Assembly (NCBI GenBank): GCA_022072145.1
Contig: JAJVIG010000002.1
Span: 7,517 to 71,516, forward strand
Source: Pseudomonadales bacterium
Lineage (GTDB): Bacteria > Pseudomonadota > Gammaproteobacteria > Pseudomonadales > UBA5518
Length of the DNA: 64,000 nt
Reading direction: 5' to 3'
In this document: piece by piece, positions 17,812 through 27,448 of the stretch
Numbering within the stretch: the first letter of the stretch is position 1
Layout: each line of letters starts with the position of its first letter
Notes under the pieces: generated by a model
Databases searched by the model: none
What the model was told of the DNA's origin: nothing
The model's input: only the letters and a program-made list of their open reading frames with translations
Made by a program: the position numbers and the translations under genes

Positions 17812-20634
17812 TCATCGGGGGCGGCGCGCAGCGAGCGCGCGCTGCAGCAGCTTGCGCGCCTCGCCGTGCAGCAGCACGGCGGCGGCGAGCGCCGCGCAGG
17901 TGAGCCATTCGCCGGGTGCCAGTGGCACGGTGTCGAAGGCGATATTGCCTGCCACCGACTGCACCACCGCGACCTGCAGCACCGCTGCCAGCGCCACGCT
18001 GCTCCACAGCCACCGGTTCGTGAACAGTCCGCTCAGCGCGCTCGCGGTCGCGGAGCGCGTGTTGAAGCAGTTGAACAACTGCGCGAACACCAGCGTCGTG
18101 AAGCCCGCCGTGCGCGCGCGCTGCAGGGTGCCGTCGCCATCGACCAGGCCGCCCGGCAGATGCAGGTCGATCGCCAGCAGCGTGGCCAGCGCCATCACCA
18201 GTCCGGTCTGCAGCACGCGCGACCACATCGGCGCGTCGATCACGCGCTGCGTGGGTGGCCGCGGTGCGCGCCGCATCACGTCCTCGCCCGGCGGATCGAT
18301 TCCCATGGCCAGCGCGGGACCGGTGTCGGTGACCAGGTTGATCCACAGGATCTGCGTGGCCAGCAGCGGCAGCACGACGCCGCCGTCGCCGGTCCCGAGC
18401 CCGATCACCGCCGCACCGAGGATGCCGAGCAGCACGGTCAGGATCTCGCCGATGTTCGAGGACAGCAGGTAACGCAGGAACGTGCGGATGTTGTCGAACA
18501 CGATGCGTCCCTCGCGCACCGCGGCGACGATGGTCGCGAAGTTGTCGTCGGCGAGGATCATGCGTGCCGCCTCGCGCGCGACCTCGGTGCCGCCGCGCCC
18601 CATCGCGATCCCGATATCGGCCGACTTCAGCGCCGGTCCGTCGTTGATCCCGTCGCCCGTCATCGCGACCACGTGTCCGGCCGCCTGCAGCGCATCGACG
18701 ATGCGCAGCTTGTGCGCCGGACTCACGCGCGCGTAGACCGGGGTGGTGGCGACCGCCGCGGCGAACTGCGTCCCGTCCATCGCATCGAGCTCGCGTGCGG
18801 TGAGCACGGTGGCGTCGTCGCCGGCGATGCCGAGGTCTCTGGCGATGCGCAGCGCCGTGCGCGGATGGTCGCCGGTGATCATGACCACGCGGATGCCGGC
18901 GCCCTGCGCCTCGCGGATCGCCTCGTGCGCTTCCTCGCGCGGCGGATCGACGATGCCGACGATGCCGATGAACATCAGCTCGTGCTCGAGTGCGCTGCCC
19001 GCCTCGCTCGATTCCTCGTCGGCGAGCGGCCGGCAGGCGACGGCCAGCGTGCGCAGCGCCTCGTCGGCCAGCCCTTCGGTGGCCGCCAGCAGGCGGGCGC
19101 GCCGGCTCGCCTCCAGCGGGCGCACCGCCTCGCCCTCGAGCAGTTGCGTGCAGTGCTGCAGCAGCACGTCGGGCGCACCCTTGCACACCAGCCAGCGGGC
19201 ACCGCCGCGCTCGCGGTCGCCGACCACGACGGACATCATGCGGCGCTCGGCGGTGAACGGAATGCCGGCGAGGGTCGCGAAGCGCCGCGCCCGCCAGTCG
19301 TGCACGCCCAGCTTGCGCTCGGCGACCAGGAACGCCGCGTCGGTCGGGTCACCGTGGATCTCCCAGCGCCCCGGCGCCGCCTCTTGGAGTCCCGCGTTGC
19401 CGGCCAGGCTGCCGCCACTGAACAGTGCCACCAGTTCGGTGCGCAGCGCGCCCTCGACCGGGCCGCCGTCGTCGCGCGCCATGCGTCCGTGCGGGGCATA
19501 GCCGGCGCCACCGATGCGCGTGCTGCCGCTGGCGGTGATCGCGTGCCGGATCGTCATTTCGCAGCGCGTCAGCGTGCCGGTCTTGTCGGAGCAGATCACC
19601 GAGGCCGATCCCAGCGCCTCGACCGCGGCCAGTTTCTTCACGATCGCGTGCCGCTTCGCCATGCGTTCGACCCCGATCGCGAGCACCACCGACAGGATCG
19701 CCGGCAGCCCCTCAGGCACGGCGGCGACGGCGAGGCAGACACCGAGCATCAGCACGCCGAGCAGTCCGGCGCCGTCGTCCACGCCGTGCAGCGCGAGCAC
19801 CGAGCCGATCACTGCCAGCGCGATCGCGATCACCGCCTGCGCGAGCCGTCGCCCGATGGTGCGAACCTCGCGCTGCAACGGGGTGGGATCCTCAGCGGTG
19901 GTCGCCAGCAGGTGCGCGATCGCGCCCATCTCGGTCGCCATGCCGGTGGCGGTCACGATCGCGGTCGCCGTGCCCTGCGAGACCGCGGTGCCGCGGAAGA
20001 CCATGTTGCTGCGCTCGGCGAGTGCGCAGGCGGTGGCCAGCGTGGCGGGGTCCTTCGCCACCGTGTCGCTCTCGCCGGTCAGCGCGGCCTCCTGCACACG
20101 CAGCGCGCTCGCCTCGACGAGGCGTGCGTCGGCGCCCACGCGGTCGCCTTCGGCGAGCACCAGCAGATCGCCGCGTACCAGCGCAGCGCTTGCGATGCGC
20201 TGGCGCCGTCCCGCGCGGATCACGGTCGAGCGCTGCGCCGACAGGCGTGCGAGCGCCGCCGCCGCGCGTCCGGAGCGCGTCTCCTGCAGGAAACCGATGG
20301 TGGCGTTCGCGAGCACCACCGCCAGGATCACCAGCGCATCGACGGGGAGTCCGTGGCGGCCTTCGACGATCCACACGAGCAGCGTGATCGCCGCCGCCGC
20401 GAGCAGCAGGTGGACCAGCGGATCGTGGAATTGCGCGAGGAAGCGCCGCCAGCGCGCCGGCGGTGGCGGCGTGAACAGTTCGTTGGGCCCGTCGACGCGC
20501 AGCCGGTGCGTCGCTTCGTCCTCGGCGAGTCCGTGCACCGGATCGGTGGCGAGTCGTGCGGCGACCTCCTCTGTCGCCAGCAGCGAGGGATCGCCGGTCG
20601 ATGCGAGTGCGTCGGCGGCCGAGCGCGGAGTCAT
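17812..20634 (-). CDS. Cation-translocating P-type ATPase (type II, Ca2+/Mg2+-like)
   Basis: It has the phosphorylation motif ICSDKTGTLT, the actuator motif LTGESD, the hinge MTGDGINDGPALKSADIGIAMG and an N-terminal cation-ATPase domain (GLAEDEATHRLRVDGPNEL). Confidence 0.9.
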   Translation of the reverse strand: MTPRSAADALASTGDPSLLATEEVAARLATDPVHGLAEDEATHRLRVDGPNELFTPPPPARWRRFLAQFHDPLVHLLLAAAAITLLVWIVEGRHGLPVDALVILAVVLANATIGFLQETRSGRAAAALARLSAQRSTVIRAGRRQRIASAALVRGDLLVLAEGDRVGADARLVEASALRVQEAALTGESDTVAKDPATLATACALAERSNMVFRGTAVSQGTATAIVTATGMATEMGAIAHLLATTAEDPTPLQREVRTIGRRLAQAVIAIALAVIGSVLALHGVDDGAGLLGVLMLGVCLAVAAVPEGLPAILSVVLAIGVERMAKRHAIVKKLAAVEALGSASVICSDKTGTLTRCEMTIRHAITASGSTRIGGAGYAPHGRMARDDGGPVEGALRTELVALFSGGSLAGNAGLQEAAPGRWEIHGDPTDAAFLVAERKLGVHDWRARRFATLAGIPFTAERRMMSVVVGDRERGGARWLVCKGAPDVLLQHCTQLLEGEAVRPLEASRRARLLAATEGLADEALRTLAVACRPLADEESSEAGSALEHELMFIGIVGIVDPPREEAHEAIREAQGAGIRVVMITGDHPRTALRIARDLGIAGDDATVLTARELDAMDGTQFAAAVATTPVYARVSPAHKLRIVDALQAAGHVVAMTGDGINDGPALKSADIGIAMGRGGTEVAREAARMILADDNFATIVAAVREGRIVFDNIRTFLRYLLSSNIGEILTVLLGILGAAVIGLGTGDGGVVLPLLATQILWINLVTDTGPALAMGIDPPGEDVMRRAPRPPTQRVIDAPMWSRVLQTGLVMALATLLAIDLHLPGGLVDGDGTLQRARTAGFTTLVFAQLFNCFNTRSATASALSGLFTNRWLWSSVALAAVLQVAVVQSVAGNIAFDTVPLAPGEWLTCAALAAAVLLHGEARKLLQRALAARRPR

Positions 20635-20782
20635 GGCGTGTCCCGTGGTGCGATCCGGGCCGGATTATAGAGTGTCCCCCGGGTGCCGGCCCGGGCGCGT
20701 CACGGAGGCGTTGGCGACGGCCCCACCAAGCGCGGCATGCGGCTAGAATCGTGCGTCACGCACACAGGCACGGAGCGGCACG

Positions 20783-21604
20783 ATGCAGATCACGGGACTC
20801 GAGGGCAAGGTGGCGGTGGTGACGGGCGCGGGGCGCATGCGCTCGATCGGACGCCCGATCGCGGTGGAACTCGCGCGCGCGGGGTGCGACGTGGTGCTGA
20901 CCGGCACCGGGCGGTCGCCCGAACGCTACCCGGCGGACGAACAGGCGGCCGGCTGGCGCGACATCGAGTCGGTGGCCGAGGAGGTGCGTGCGCTGGGGCG
21001 GCGCGCGCTCGCGCTGGTCAGCGACGTCGCGGACGCGGCGGCGGTCGATGCGCTGGTGGAGCGCACGCTCGCGGAGTTCGGGCGGGTGGACATCGTGGTC
21101 AACAACGCCGGCGCCGCACGTGGGGAGGACCGCGCCGCGGTCGTCGATCTGGCGCTCGACGCCTGGCGCAAGGTCATAGACGTGAACCTGAACGGCACTT
21201 TCTACATGAGCCGCGCCTTCGGCCGCGCGCTCATCGCGCAGGGGCAGGGCGGCAGCATCGTGAACATCTCATCGGTGGGCGGCAAGCTGATGGCGGCGCA
21301 GACCGCCGCCTACGCGGCATCGAAGGCCGGCATCCACGCGCTGACCTGCGCGATGTCCGGCGAGGTGGGACCGCACGGGATCCGCGTCAACGCGGTGTGT
21401 CCGGGGATCGTCGATACCTACCGCATCGACGACATGGGGCGGGGCGAACAGTGGGAACGCCTGCTCGCGAGCTACGTGCCGCTGCGCCGTGCGGGCAGCG
21501 GGCTCGACATCGCCAACATGGTCGTCTACCTGTGCAGCGACCAGGGATCGTGGATCAGCGGCCAGTTGTACAACGTCGACGGCGGGATGGTGGCGGGGCG
21601 CTGA
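20783..21604 (+). CDS. SDR-family oxidoreductase
   Basis: It has the cofactor motif VVTGAGRMRSIG, NNAG and the catalytic YAASKAG. Confidence 0.88.
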   Translation: MQITGLEGKVAVVTGAGRMRSIGRPIAVELARAGCDVVLTGTGRSPERYPADEQAAGWRDIESVAEEVRALGRRALALVSDVADAAAVDALVERTLAEFGRVDIVVNNAGAARGEDRAAVVDLALDAWRKVIDVNLNGTFYMSRAFGRALIAQGQGGSIVNISSVGGKLMAAQTAAYAASKAGIHALTCAMSGEVGPHGIRVNAVCPGIVDTYRIDDMGRGEQWERLLASYVPLRRAGSGLDIANMVVYLCSDQGSWISGQLYNVDGGMVAGR

Positions 21605-21676
21605 GCCGCGTGCGACGGCGGTCTCGGTGCGCGGAAAGCCGGCTCCCGCAGGCAGCGGGCGTTGTCTATACTTGCG

Positions 21677-21694
21677 CGTCCCCCCGGGGGGACG
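21677..21694. promoter_or_regulatory. Perfect 18-nt palindrome CGTCCCCCCGGGGGGACG (C6G6 core) between the SDR and HDOD genes
   Basis: The palindrome was read directly. It lies 73 nt after the SDR stop and 65 nt before the HDOD start. It could act as a terminator-type hairpin or as a protein-binding site. Confidence 0.3.
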
Positions 21695-21758
21695 ATGCCC
21701 CGGAACGCCCGGAGGCACGGAACGACAACAACCGCACCAGCAACAGGTCATCGCACCG

Positions 21759-22703
21759 ATGCGTGAATCCAGAAGCGCTCCGCTAGAGTTCGTGAAACAG
21801 GCACTCGACGACGAACCTGCCCCGCCGACCGCAGAGGAACTGGCCGCCTCGCGGGAGGCGGCGTTCGAGTTCGTGCAACAGCTGGCGCGCGATCTGTCCG
21901 ACGGCAAGTTCGAACTGCCGCCGTTCCCGGACATCGCGCTGCGCGTGCGCGAGGCGCTCAACGACCCCGACGTGTCGGTGGAGAAGATCGCGCGCATAGT
22001 GCTCTCCGAACCGGTGCTGGCGGCACGACTGCTGCGCATCGCGAACTCGGCGCTGATGCGCCGCGGTGCCAACGAGATCACCGACGTGAAGACCGCGATC
22101 GCGCGCCTGGGCTTCGAGATGGTGCGCAACGCCGCGGTGGCGCTCGCGCTGGACAGTACGTTCAAGGCACCCGAGACGGGACCGCTGCGCCAGCACATCG
22201 AGCGCACGCGTCACCACAGCGTGCGCGTGGCGGTACTGTCCTACGTACTCGCGCGCCGGCTGGCGAAGGACAGCGTGAAACCGGACGAGGCGATGCTCGC
22301 AGGTCTGCTGCACGGGATCGGCCGTTTCTACATCCTGATGCGCGTGGACGCATTCCCGACACTGTTCGGCCATCGCGACGTGCTCGAGGACCTGCTCGCG
22401 CAGTGGCACTCCGGTGTAGGGCGTGCGATCGTCGAGTCCTGGGGCTTTCCCGAACCGGTGGCGACCGCGGTCGACGAGCACGAGGTGCTGGACCGCGAGC
22501 ACGTCGGCAAGGCAGATCTCGCCGACGTGGTGCTGGCGGCGAACCTGCTCGCGCGACGCGCGACTCCCGAGCAGGCCGCAGGCGCCGAACTCGCGACGGT
22601 ACCGGCCTGCGTCAAGCTCGGCCTCGACGAGTCCGTCGCGGTCGGGGTGCTGGTAGAGTCCGAGGAAGAAATCCGCTCGATGTCGCAGGCGCTGGGATCG
22701 TAG
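21759..22703 (+). CDS. HDOD-domain signalling protein
   Basis: It has the HDOD core LPPFPDIALRVREALNDPDVSVEKIARIVLSEPVLAARLLRIANSALM...LLHGIGRFYIL. Its TAG stop (22701-22703) lies inside the GTAG head of a REP unit. Confidence 0.82.
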   Translation: MRESRSAPLEFVKQALDDEPAPPTAEELAASREAAFEFVQQLARDLSDGKFELPPFPDIALRVREALNDPDVSVEKIARIVLSEPVLAARLLRIANSALMRRGANEITDVKTAIARLGFEMVRNAAVALALDSTFKAPETGPLRQHIERTRHHSVRVAVLSYVLARRLAKDSVKPDEAMLAGLLHGIGRFYILMRVDAFPTLFGHRDVLEDLLAQWHSGVGRAIVESWGFPEPVATAVDEHEVLDREHVGKADLADVVLAANLLARRATPEQAAGAELATVPACVKLGLDESVAVGVLVESEEEIRSMSQALGS

Positions 22704-22749
22704 GTCCGGGCTGCGCCCGGACATTTGTTCGGCCGCAGGCCGAACCTGC
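22700..22749. repeat. REP doublet: type A (GTAG-first orientation, 22700-22722) and type B (inverted, 22727-22749, CTGC tail)
   Basis: The sequence reads GTAGGTCCGGGCTGCGCCCGGAC, then ATTT, then GTTCGGCCGCAGGCCGAACCTGC. Each arm forms a perfect 8-bp stem. Confidence 0.8.
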
Positions 22750-22809
22750 GGGACATTGCCCGGCACGAAACCTGATGAATGCCAAGAGGGATTTGCCGGA
22801 GCCGCTTCG

Positions 22810-23859
22810 ATGATCCATCGCCGTCGCCTGCTGGGCTCCATCGGCATCGCCGCGCTGGCGCCTGCGCTGCTGCATTGCTCCTCCGGGGAGCCGCCGCCCA
22901 CGCTGCGTGTGCTGACCTGGCCGGGCTACGCGGACCGCGACCTGGTAGGCGAGTTCGAGCGCCTCCACGGGCTGCGCGTCGAGCTCACGATCGTGCACAC
23001 CGACGAGGAGCTCTGGAGCCGCATCGCGGCGAACGACGGCGCCGATTTCGACGTGTTCGCGGTGAACACCGCCGAGCTTGCACGCTACATCGATGCACGG
23101 CTCAGCGCGGCGCTGGATCCGCAGTCGATCCCGAACATCGGCCGCCAGTTGCCTGCCTTCCGGGATCGGGCCAGGCTGCCGGCGCTCGAGCGCGACGGCA
23201 AGGTCTACGCGATTCCGTACACCTACTCGACCATGGGCCTGATCTATGACCGCTCGCGGGTGCGCGAAACGCCGGTTTCCTGGCAGTCGATGTGGGATCC
23301 GGCGTACCGGGGCCGCGTGATCGCCTACGACGGCAGCAGCCACGCATTCTCGTTCACCGCGCTGGCGCTCGGCATGCCCGACCCGTTCCGTCTCGACGAA
23401 GCGGCGTACCGCGAGGTCACGCAGCGGCTGATCGAGCTGCGGCGCAACGCACTGACGTTCTACAAGGCTCCCGAGGAAGTCGTGGACCTGTTCCTGCGCC
23501 ACGACGTGGCGCTCGCCTACGGCAACTACGGCACGCAGCAACTCAAGCAACTGGCCGACGCGGGAATCGACGCGGGCTACGTGATCCCGCGCGAGGGAGC
23601 GCTGGCGTGGCTGGACTGCTGGGCGATGACGCGCGGCGCGCGCGATCCGCGCCTGGTCGCGGCCTGGATCGACTACATGCTGGAAGATCACGTAAGCCAG
23701 GCGCTGACGCTGCGCCAGGGACTGGCGAACACCACCGTGGCGTCGATCGCGGCCGCCGACGCGGCGCGCATCCGCTGGCTGCAGCCGGTCGAGGATGTGG
23801 CGCGGCGCACCCGGCTCTGGGAGCGCATCCGCTCCGGTGACGTGCTTGAAAGCTTCTGA
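22810..23859 (+). CDS. PotD/PotF-like periplasmic solute-binding lipoprotein with no cognate ABC permease or ATPase genes nearby
   Basis: It has a signal peptide with Cys (MIHRRRLLGSIGIAALAPALLHCSSG). Polyamine-binding-protein-like blocks are present (LRVLTWPGYADRD..., YAIPYTYSTMGLIYD, VIPREGALAWLDCWAM). Confidence 0.8.
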   Translation: MIHRRRLLGSIGIAALAPALLHCSSGEPPPTLRVLTWPGYADRDLVGEFERLHGLRVELTIVHTDEELWSRIAANDGADFDVFAVNTAELARYIDARLSAALDPQSIPNIGRQLPAFRDRARLPALERDGKVYAIPYTYSTMGLIYDRSRVRETPVSWQSMWDPAYRGRVIAYDGSSHAFSFTALALGMPDPFRLDEAAYREVTQRLIELRRNALTFYKAPEEVVDLFLRHDVALAYGNYGTQQLKQLADAGIDAGYVIPREGALAWLDCWAMTRGARDPRLVAAWIDYMLEDHVSQALTLRQGLANTTVASIAAADAARIRWLQPVEDVARRTRLWERIRSGDVLESF

Positions 23860-26365
23860 GCGGACCGCGCGCTTCGGCATCGCACTGCGCCTCGCGCTGC
23901 TGCTGTCGCTGTTCGGCGTGCTGGCGGTGGGACTGACCGGATACTACTCGTTCACCGAGAGCCGCAAGCTGCTGGTCGACGCGGCGCAGCAGGAGTTGCT
24001 GGCTTCGACGCGCGTGATCGGGCAACGCTTCACGATGCAACTCGAGGAAAGTGTGGACGACGTGCGCCTGCTGGCGTCAACGCCGGTCGTGCGGGCGATT
24101 CTCGACAAGGGCGGCGTCTATACGTCCGCGGCAGCGGCCGGGGACGCGCTCGCGGACGCAATGGCGCACATGCTCGAGCTGCATCCCGAGTACTTTCAGT
24201 TGCGCCTGATCGAGACGGCCAACAACGGGCGCGAGCGCGTTCGCATCGACCGGGACAACGGCACGCTGGTGCGCGTGAGCGATGCGGATCTGCAGGAAAA
24301 AGGGCAGTACCCGTACGTCTACGAAACGCTGCGCCTGCCGCCGCGCGCGGTCTACCTGTCGCGGATCGCGATCAACCACGAAACCGGCGTGCGCGACGGG
24401 CTGGGCAAGCCGACGCTGCAGGTGGCCACGGCCGTCGCGGGTGCCGCGGCGAGCGCGCCGGGTCTGGTGGTGCTCAACATCGACCTCGACGGGCTGTTCG
24501 CCTCGCTGCAGGCCGATCTGCCGCGCGACGTGCAGCTGTACCTCGCGAGCGGCGAGGGCGATTTCCTGATCCATCCGGACCCGGCGAAGGAGTTCGGCTT
24601 CGACCGCGGTCGGCGCGTGCTGGTGCAGGACGAGTATCCGGCGACCGCGGACATCGTCGACGGGCAGGCCGAGGCGCGCTTTTTCGTGATCGACGGCGCC
24701 AACGCGGGTGGCCGCACGCTGGCGGCGGCGTTCGTGAAGCTGCCGTTCGGCGAGATCGCTCCCGGGCGCTTCGTGCTGGTGGGGCTGGCGCGCCCGTTCG
24801 AGGCGATTTTCGCCGGCACCAGCACGCTCGGCACCGCGATCGTGCACATCATCGTCGCGTTCAGCCTCGGAGCGGTGCTGCTGTCGATCGTGGTCACCCG
24901 CGCGCTGTCGTTGCCGCTGCTGACCATGGTGAAGGCGGTGCGGCGTTTCGCGCGCGAGCATGTGATGGGCGAACTCCCGGTCCAGCGATCCGACGAGATC
25001 GGGTTGCTGGCGCGCACCTTCGCCGACATGGAGCGCATGCTCGGCGATCACCTGGAGGAACTGCGTCGCAAGGAGCAGCACCTGCATCACCTCGCCCAGC
25101 ACGATCACCTGACCAACCTGCCGAACCGCCTGTTGCTGTTCGACCGTCTGCGCCACGCGATCGCCAAGGCGCAGCGTACCGCCAGCCGCATCGCCGTGAT
25201 CTTCATCGACCTCGATCGCTTCAAGGACATCAACGACAGTCTGGGTCACGCGGCGGGCGACGAGGTGATCCAGCAGGCGGCACTGCGCCTGCGCGCGCTG
25301 CTGCGCGACGAGGACACGGTGGCACGCCTCGGCGGCGACGAGTTCGTCGTGATGCTCGAGGACGTGCAGGATCCGCTGCACGTGGCCGCGCTGGCGCAGA
25401 AGATCCTCGCCTGCAGCCGTTCGCCGATGGCGTTCGCCGGCCGTGAGCTGTACATCGGCGCGAGCCTCGGCATCGCGCTGTATCCACAGGACGGACTCGA
25501 TCCGCAGTCGCTGGTGCGCAACGCCGACGCCGCGATGTACCGCTCGAAGGCCGAGGGCCGCAACACGATCCATTTCTACACCGAGGACATGACCGAGCAG
25601 GCGCTGGCGCGCGTGCAGCTCGAGGCGGAGCTGCGCGTGGCGCTCGCGGCCGGCGAACTCCGGCTGCACTACCAGCCGCAGTTCGCGATCGATGGGCGTC
25701 GCGTGGTGGGCGTGGAGGCCCTGCTGCGCTGGGCGCATCCGCGGCGCGGACTGCTCGGGCCCGGCGAGTTCATCACGCTGGCCGAGGAGACCGGGCTGAT
25801 CGTGCCGATCGGCGAGTGGGTGCTGCGGAGCGCGTGCCGGCAGATGCGCGCCTGGCGCGACGCCGGCCTGGATCCGGGCCGCGTCGCGGTCAACGTGTCG
25901 GCGGAGCAGATACGCCGCCGCGAACTGCTGCCGGCGGTGCGTGCGATCCTCGACGAGACCGGCTGCCGTCCCGAATGGCTGGAGCTCGAGGTGACCGAGA
26001 GCGTGTTCATGGAACGGCCCGAGGAATCCAGCCAGGTGTTGCTGGCGGTGCGCGAGATCGGCGTCGAGCTGTCGATCGACGATTTCGGCACCGGCTACTC
26101 CTCGCTCGCGTACCTGAAGCACCTGCCGGTCGGCACGCTGAAGATCGACCGTTCGTTCATCCGCAACGTGCCTGCCGGCAGCGACGACGTCGCGATCGTG
26201 CGCGCGGTCATCGCGCTGGCGACCAGCCTCGGGCTGCGGGTGGTCGCCGAAGGCGTCGAGAACGCGGAGCAGCTCGCGTTCCTGGCCCGCGAAGGCTGCG
26301 ATTGCGCACAGGGTTTCCTGCTGGCTCGTCCCGTGCCGCCGGACGGAGTGGGTGCGTTCCTGTAG
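23795..26365 (+). CDS. Membrane sensor with periplasmic Cache-like domain, HAMP, GGDEF and EAL domains
   Basis: TM1 is FGIALRLALLLSLFGVLAVGL, followed by a periplasmic region of ~290 aa, TM2 and a HAMP domain. The GGDEF motif is intact (ARLGGDEFVVML). The EAL domain is intact (GVEALLRW, ELEVTES, DDFGTGYSSL, KIDRSF, AEGVE). The start is ambiguous (ATG 23795, GTG 23837 or TTG 23846). All three candidates overlap the 3' end of the binding-protein gene. Confidence 0.88.
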   Translation: MWRGAPGSGSASAPVTCLKASERTARFGIALRLALLLSLFGVLAVGLTGYYSFTESRKLLVDAAQQELLASTRVIGQRFTMQLEESVDDVRLLASTPVVRAILDKGGVYTSAAAAGDALADAMAHMLELHPEYFQLRLIETANNGRERVRIDRDNGTLVRVSDADLQEKGQYPYVYETLRLPPRAVYLSRIAINHETGVRDGLGKPTLQVATAVAGAAASAPGLVVLNIDLDGLFASLQADLPRDVQLYLASGEGDFLIHPDPAKEFGFDRGRRVLVQDEYPATADIVDGQAEARFFVIDGANAGGRTLAAAFVKLPFGEIAPGRFVLVGLARPFEAIFAGTSTLGTAIVHIIVAFSLGAVLLSIVVTRALSLPLLTMVKAVRRFAREHVMGELPVQRSDEIGLLARTFADMERMLGDHLEELRRKEQHLHHLAQHDHLTNLPNRLLLFDRLRHAIAKAQRTASRIAVIFIDLDRFKDINDSLGHAAGDEVIQQAALRLRALLRDEDTVARLGGDEFVVMLEDVQDPLHVAALAQKILACSRSPMAFAGRELYIGASLGIALYPQDGLDPQSLVRNADAAMYRSKAEGRNTIHFYTEDMTEQALARVQLEAELRVALAAGELRLHYQPQFAIDGRRVVGVEALLRWAHPRRGLLGPGEFITLAEETGLIVPIGEWVLRSACRQMRAWRDAGLDPGRVAVNVSAEQIRRRELLPAVRAILDETGCRPEWLELEVTESVFMERPEESSQVLLAVREIGVELSIDDFGTGYSSLAYLKHLPVGTLKIDRSFIRNVPAGSDDVAIVRAVIALATSLGLRVVAEGVENAEQLAFLAREGCDCAQGFLLARPVPPDGVGAFL

Positions 26366-26380
26366 ATCCGGGCTGTTGCC

Positions 26381-27199
26381 TCAACGTCCGCGGAACACCG
26401 GCTTGCGGTGGTCGATCCACCAGGCGGTCGCGCCTTCGTGAAAGTCCCCGGTGCGAAAGCCGCGCGCCAGCGCGGCGTCCTCGCGTTCGACCTGGGTCGC
26501 GATGTCGTTCTCGTGCAGGCCGCGGTAGACGAGCTGCTTGGTCAGTTCCATCCCGATCGGGCCGTTGCCCGCGATCTTCGCTGCCAGCGCCAGCGCTTCC
26601 CCGAGCACACGCTCGCGCGGCACCGCGCGCAACACCAGCCCGATCCGCTCGGCCTCCCTGCCGTCGAGCAGATCACCGGTGAGCAGCAGTTCCAGCGCCC
26701 GCGTGAGCCCGACGATGCGCGGCAGCGTGTAGGTGATGCCCCCTTCCGGCGGCAGCGCGTAGCGGTGCGTGGACGCCATCCCGATCGTGGCGTCGCTCGC
26801 CATGATGCGCAGATCGCAGGCCATCGCGAGCGCGAAGCCGCCGCCTACTGCCGGCCCGTTGATCGCGGCGATGGTAGGCTTCTCGATGCGGCTGATCTCG
26901 ACACCGAACCAGCCGACGGGCTCGAGCGCGTGGCGCCGGCCGTGCTCCTCGACCGCGCCCGGCACCGGCTTGCCCTGCGCGAGCGCTATCAGCACTTCGG
27001 TGTCGATGCCCGAACAGAAGCCGCGCCCGGCCCCTGTCAGCACCAGTACGCGCACCTCGTCGTCGCGCCGGGCCGCTTCGATGGCGCGCGAGAACGAGGC
27101 CAGCATCTGGCCCGACATGGCGTTGAGCTTCGGCGGATTGTCGAGCGTGATGGTCGCCACGTGGTCGGCGACCTCGTAGCGCAGGTGGTGGTAATCCAT
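26381..27199 (-). CDS. Enoyl-CoA hydratase/isomerase family protein
   Basis: It has the crotonase motifs VLVLTGAGRGFCSGID and AAINGPAVGGGFALAMACD. ATG 27199 is preceded by GGGAGG. The longer ORF start reads into the REP cluster. Confidence 0.88.
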   Translation of the reverse strand: MDYHHLRYEVADHVATITLDNPPKLNAMSGQMLASFSRAIEAARRDDEVRVLVLTGAGRGFCSGIDTEVLIALAQGKPVPGAVEEHGRRHALEPVGWFGVEISRIEKPTIAAINGPAVGGGFALAMACDLRIMASDATIGMASTHRYALPPEGGITYTLPRIVGLTRALELLLTGDLLDGREAERIGLVLRAVPRERVLGEALALAAKIAGNGPIGMELTKQLVYRGLHENDIATQVEREDAALARGFRTGDFHEGATAWWIDHRKPVFRGR

Positions 27200-27236
27200 T
27201 TTGCCTCCCGGGTTGTTGCTTCTGCGAGCCGGACAC

Positions 27237-27448
27237 GTCCGGGCACAGCCCGGACCTACGCGTACATGTCCGGGCACGGCCCGGAGCTACGCAAATCGTG
27301 CGGGCACGGCCCGGACCTACGGCCGAACGTCCACGTAGGTTCGGCCTGTGGCCGAACAATGCCGGTGGCCGAACAATGCCGGTGGCCGAACAATGTCCGG
27401 GCACGGCCCGGACCTACACGAACATGTCCGGGCATAGCCCGGACCTAC
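27237..27448. repeat. REP cluster: A units at 27237, 27268, 27298, 27395 and 27426; B unit at 27335; two degenerate B right arms (AATGCCGGTGGCCGAAC x2, 27358-27391)
   Basis: The units were read directly and each is a 23-nt unit with an 8-bp stem and 3-nt loop. The last unit contains the complement of the methyltransferase TAG stop (27445-27447). Confidence 0.85.

Noticed and set aside
27358-27391. A 17-nt tandem duplication (AATGCCGGTGGCCGAAC x2), considered as an independent repeat family.
   Set aside because: It is a degenerate right arm of the type B REP plus its AAT spacer, so I treat it as part of the REP cluster.
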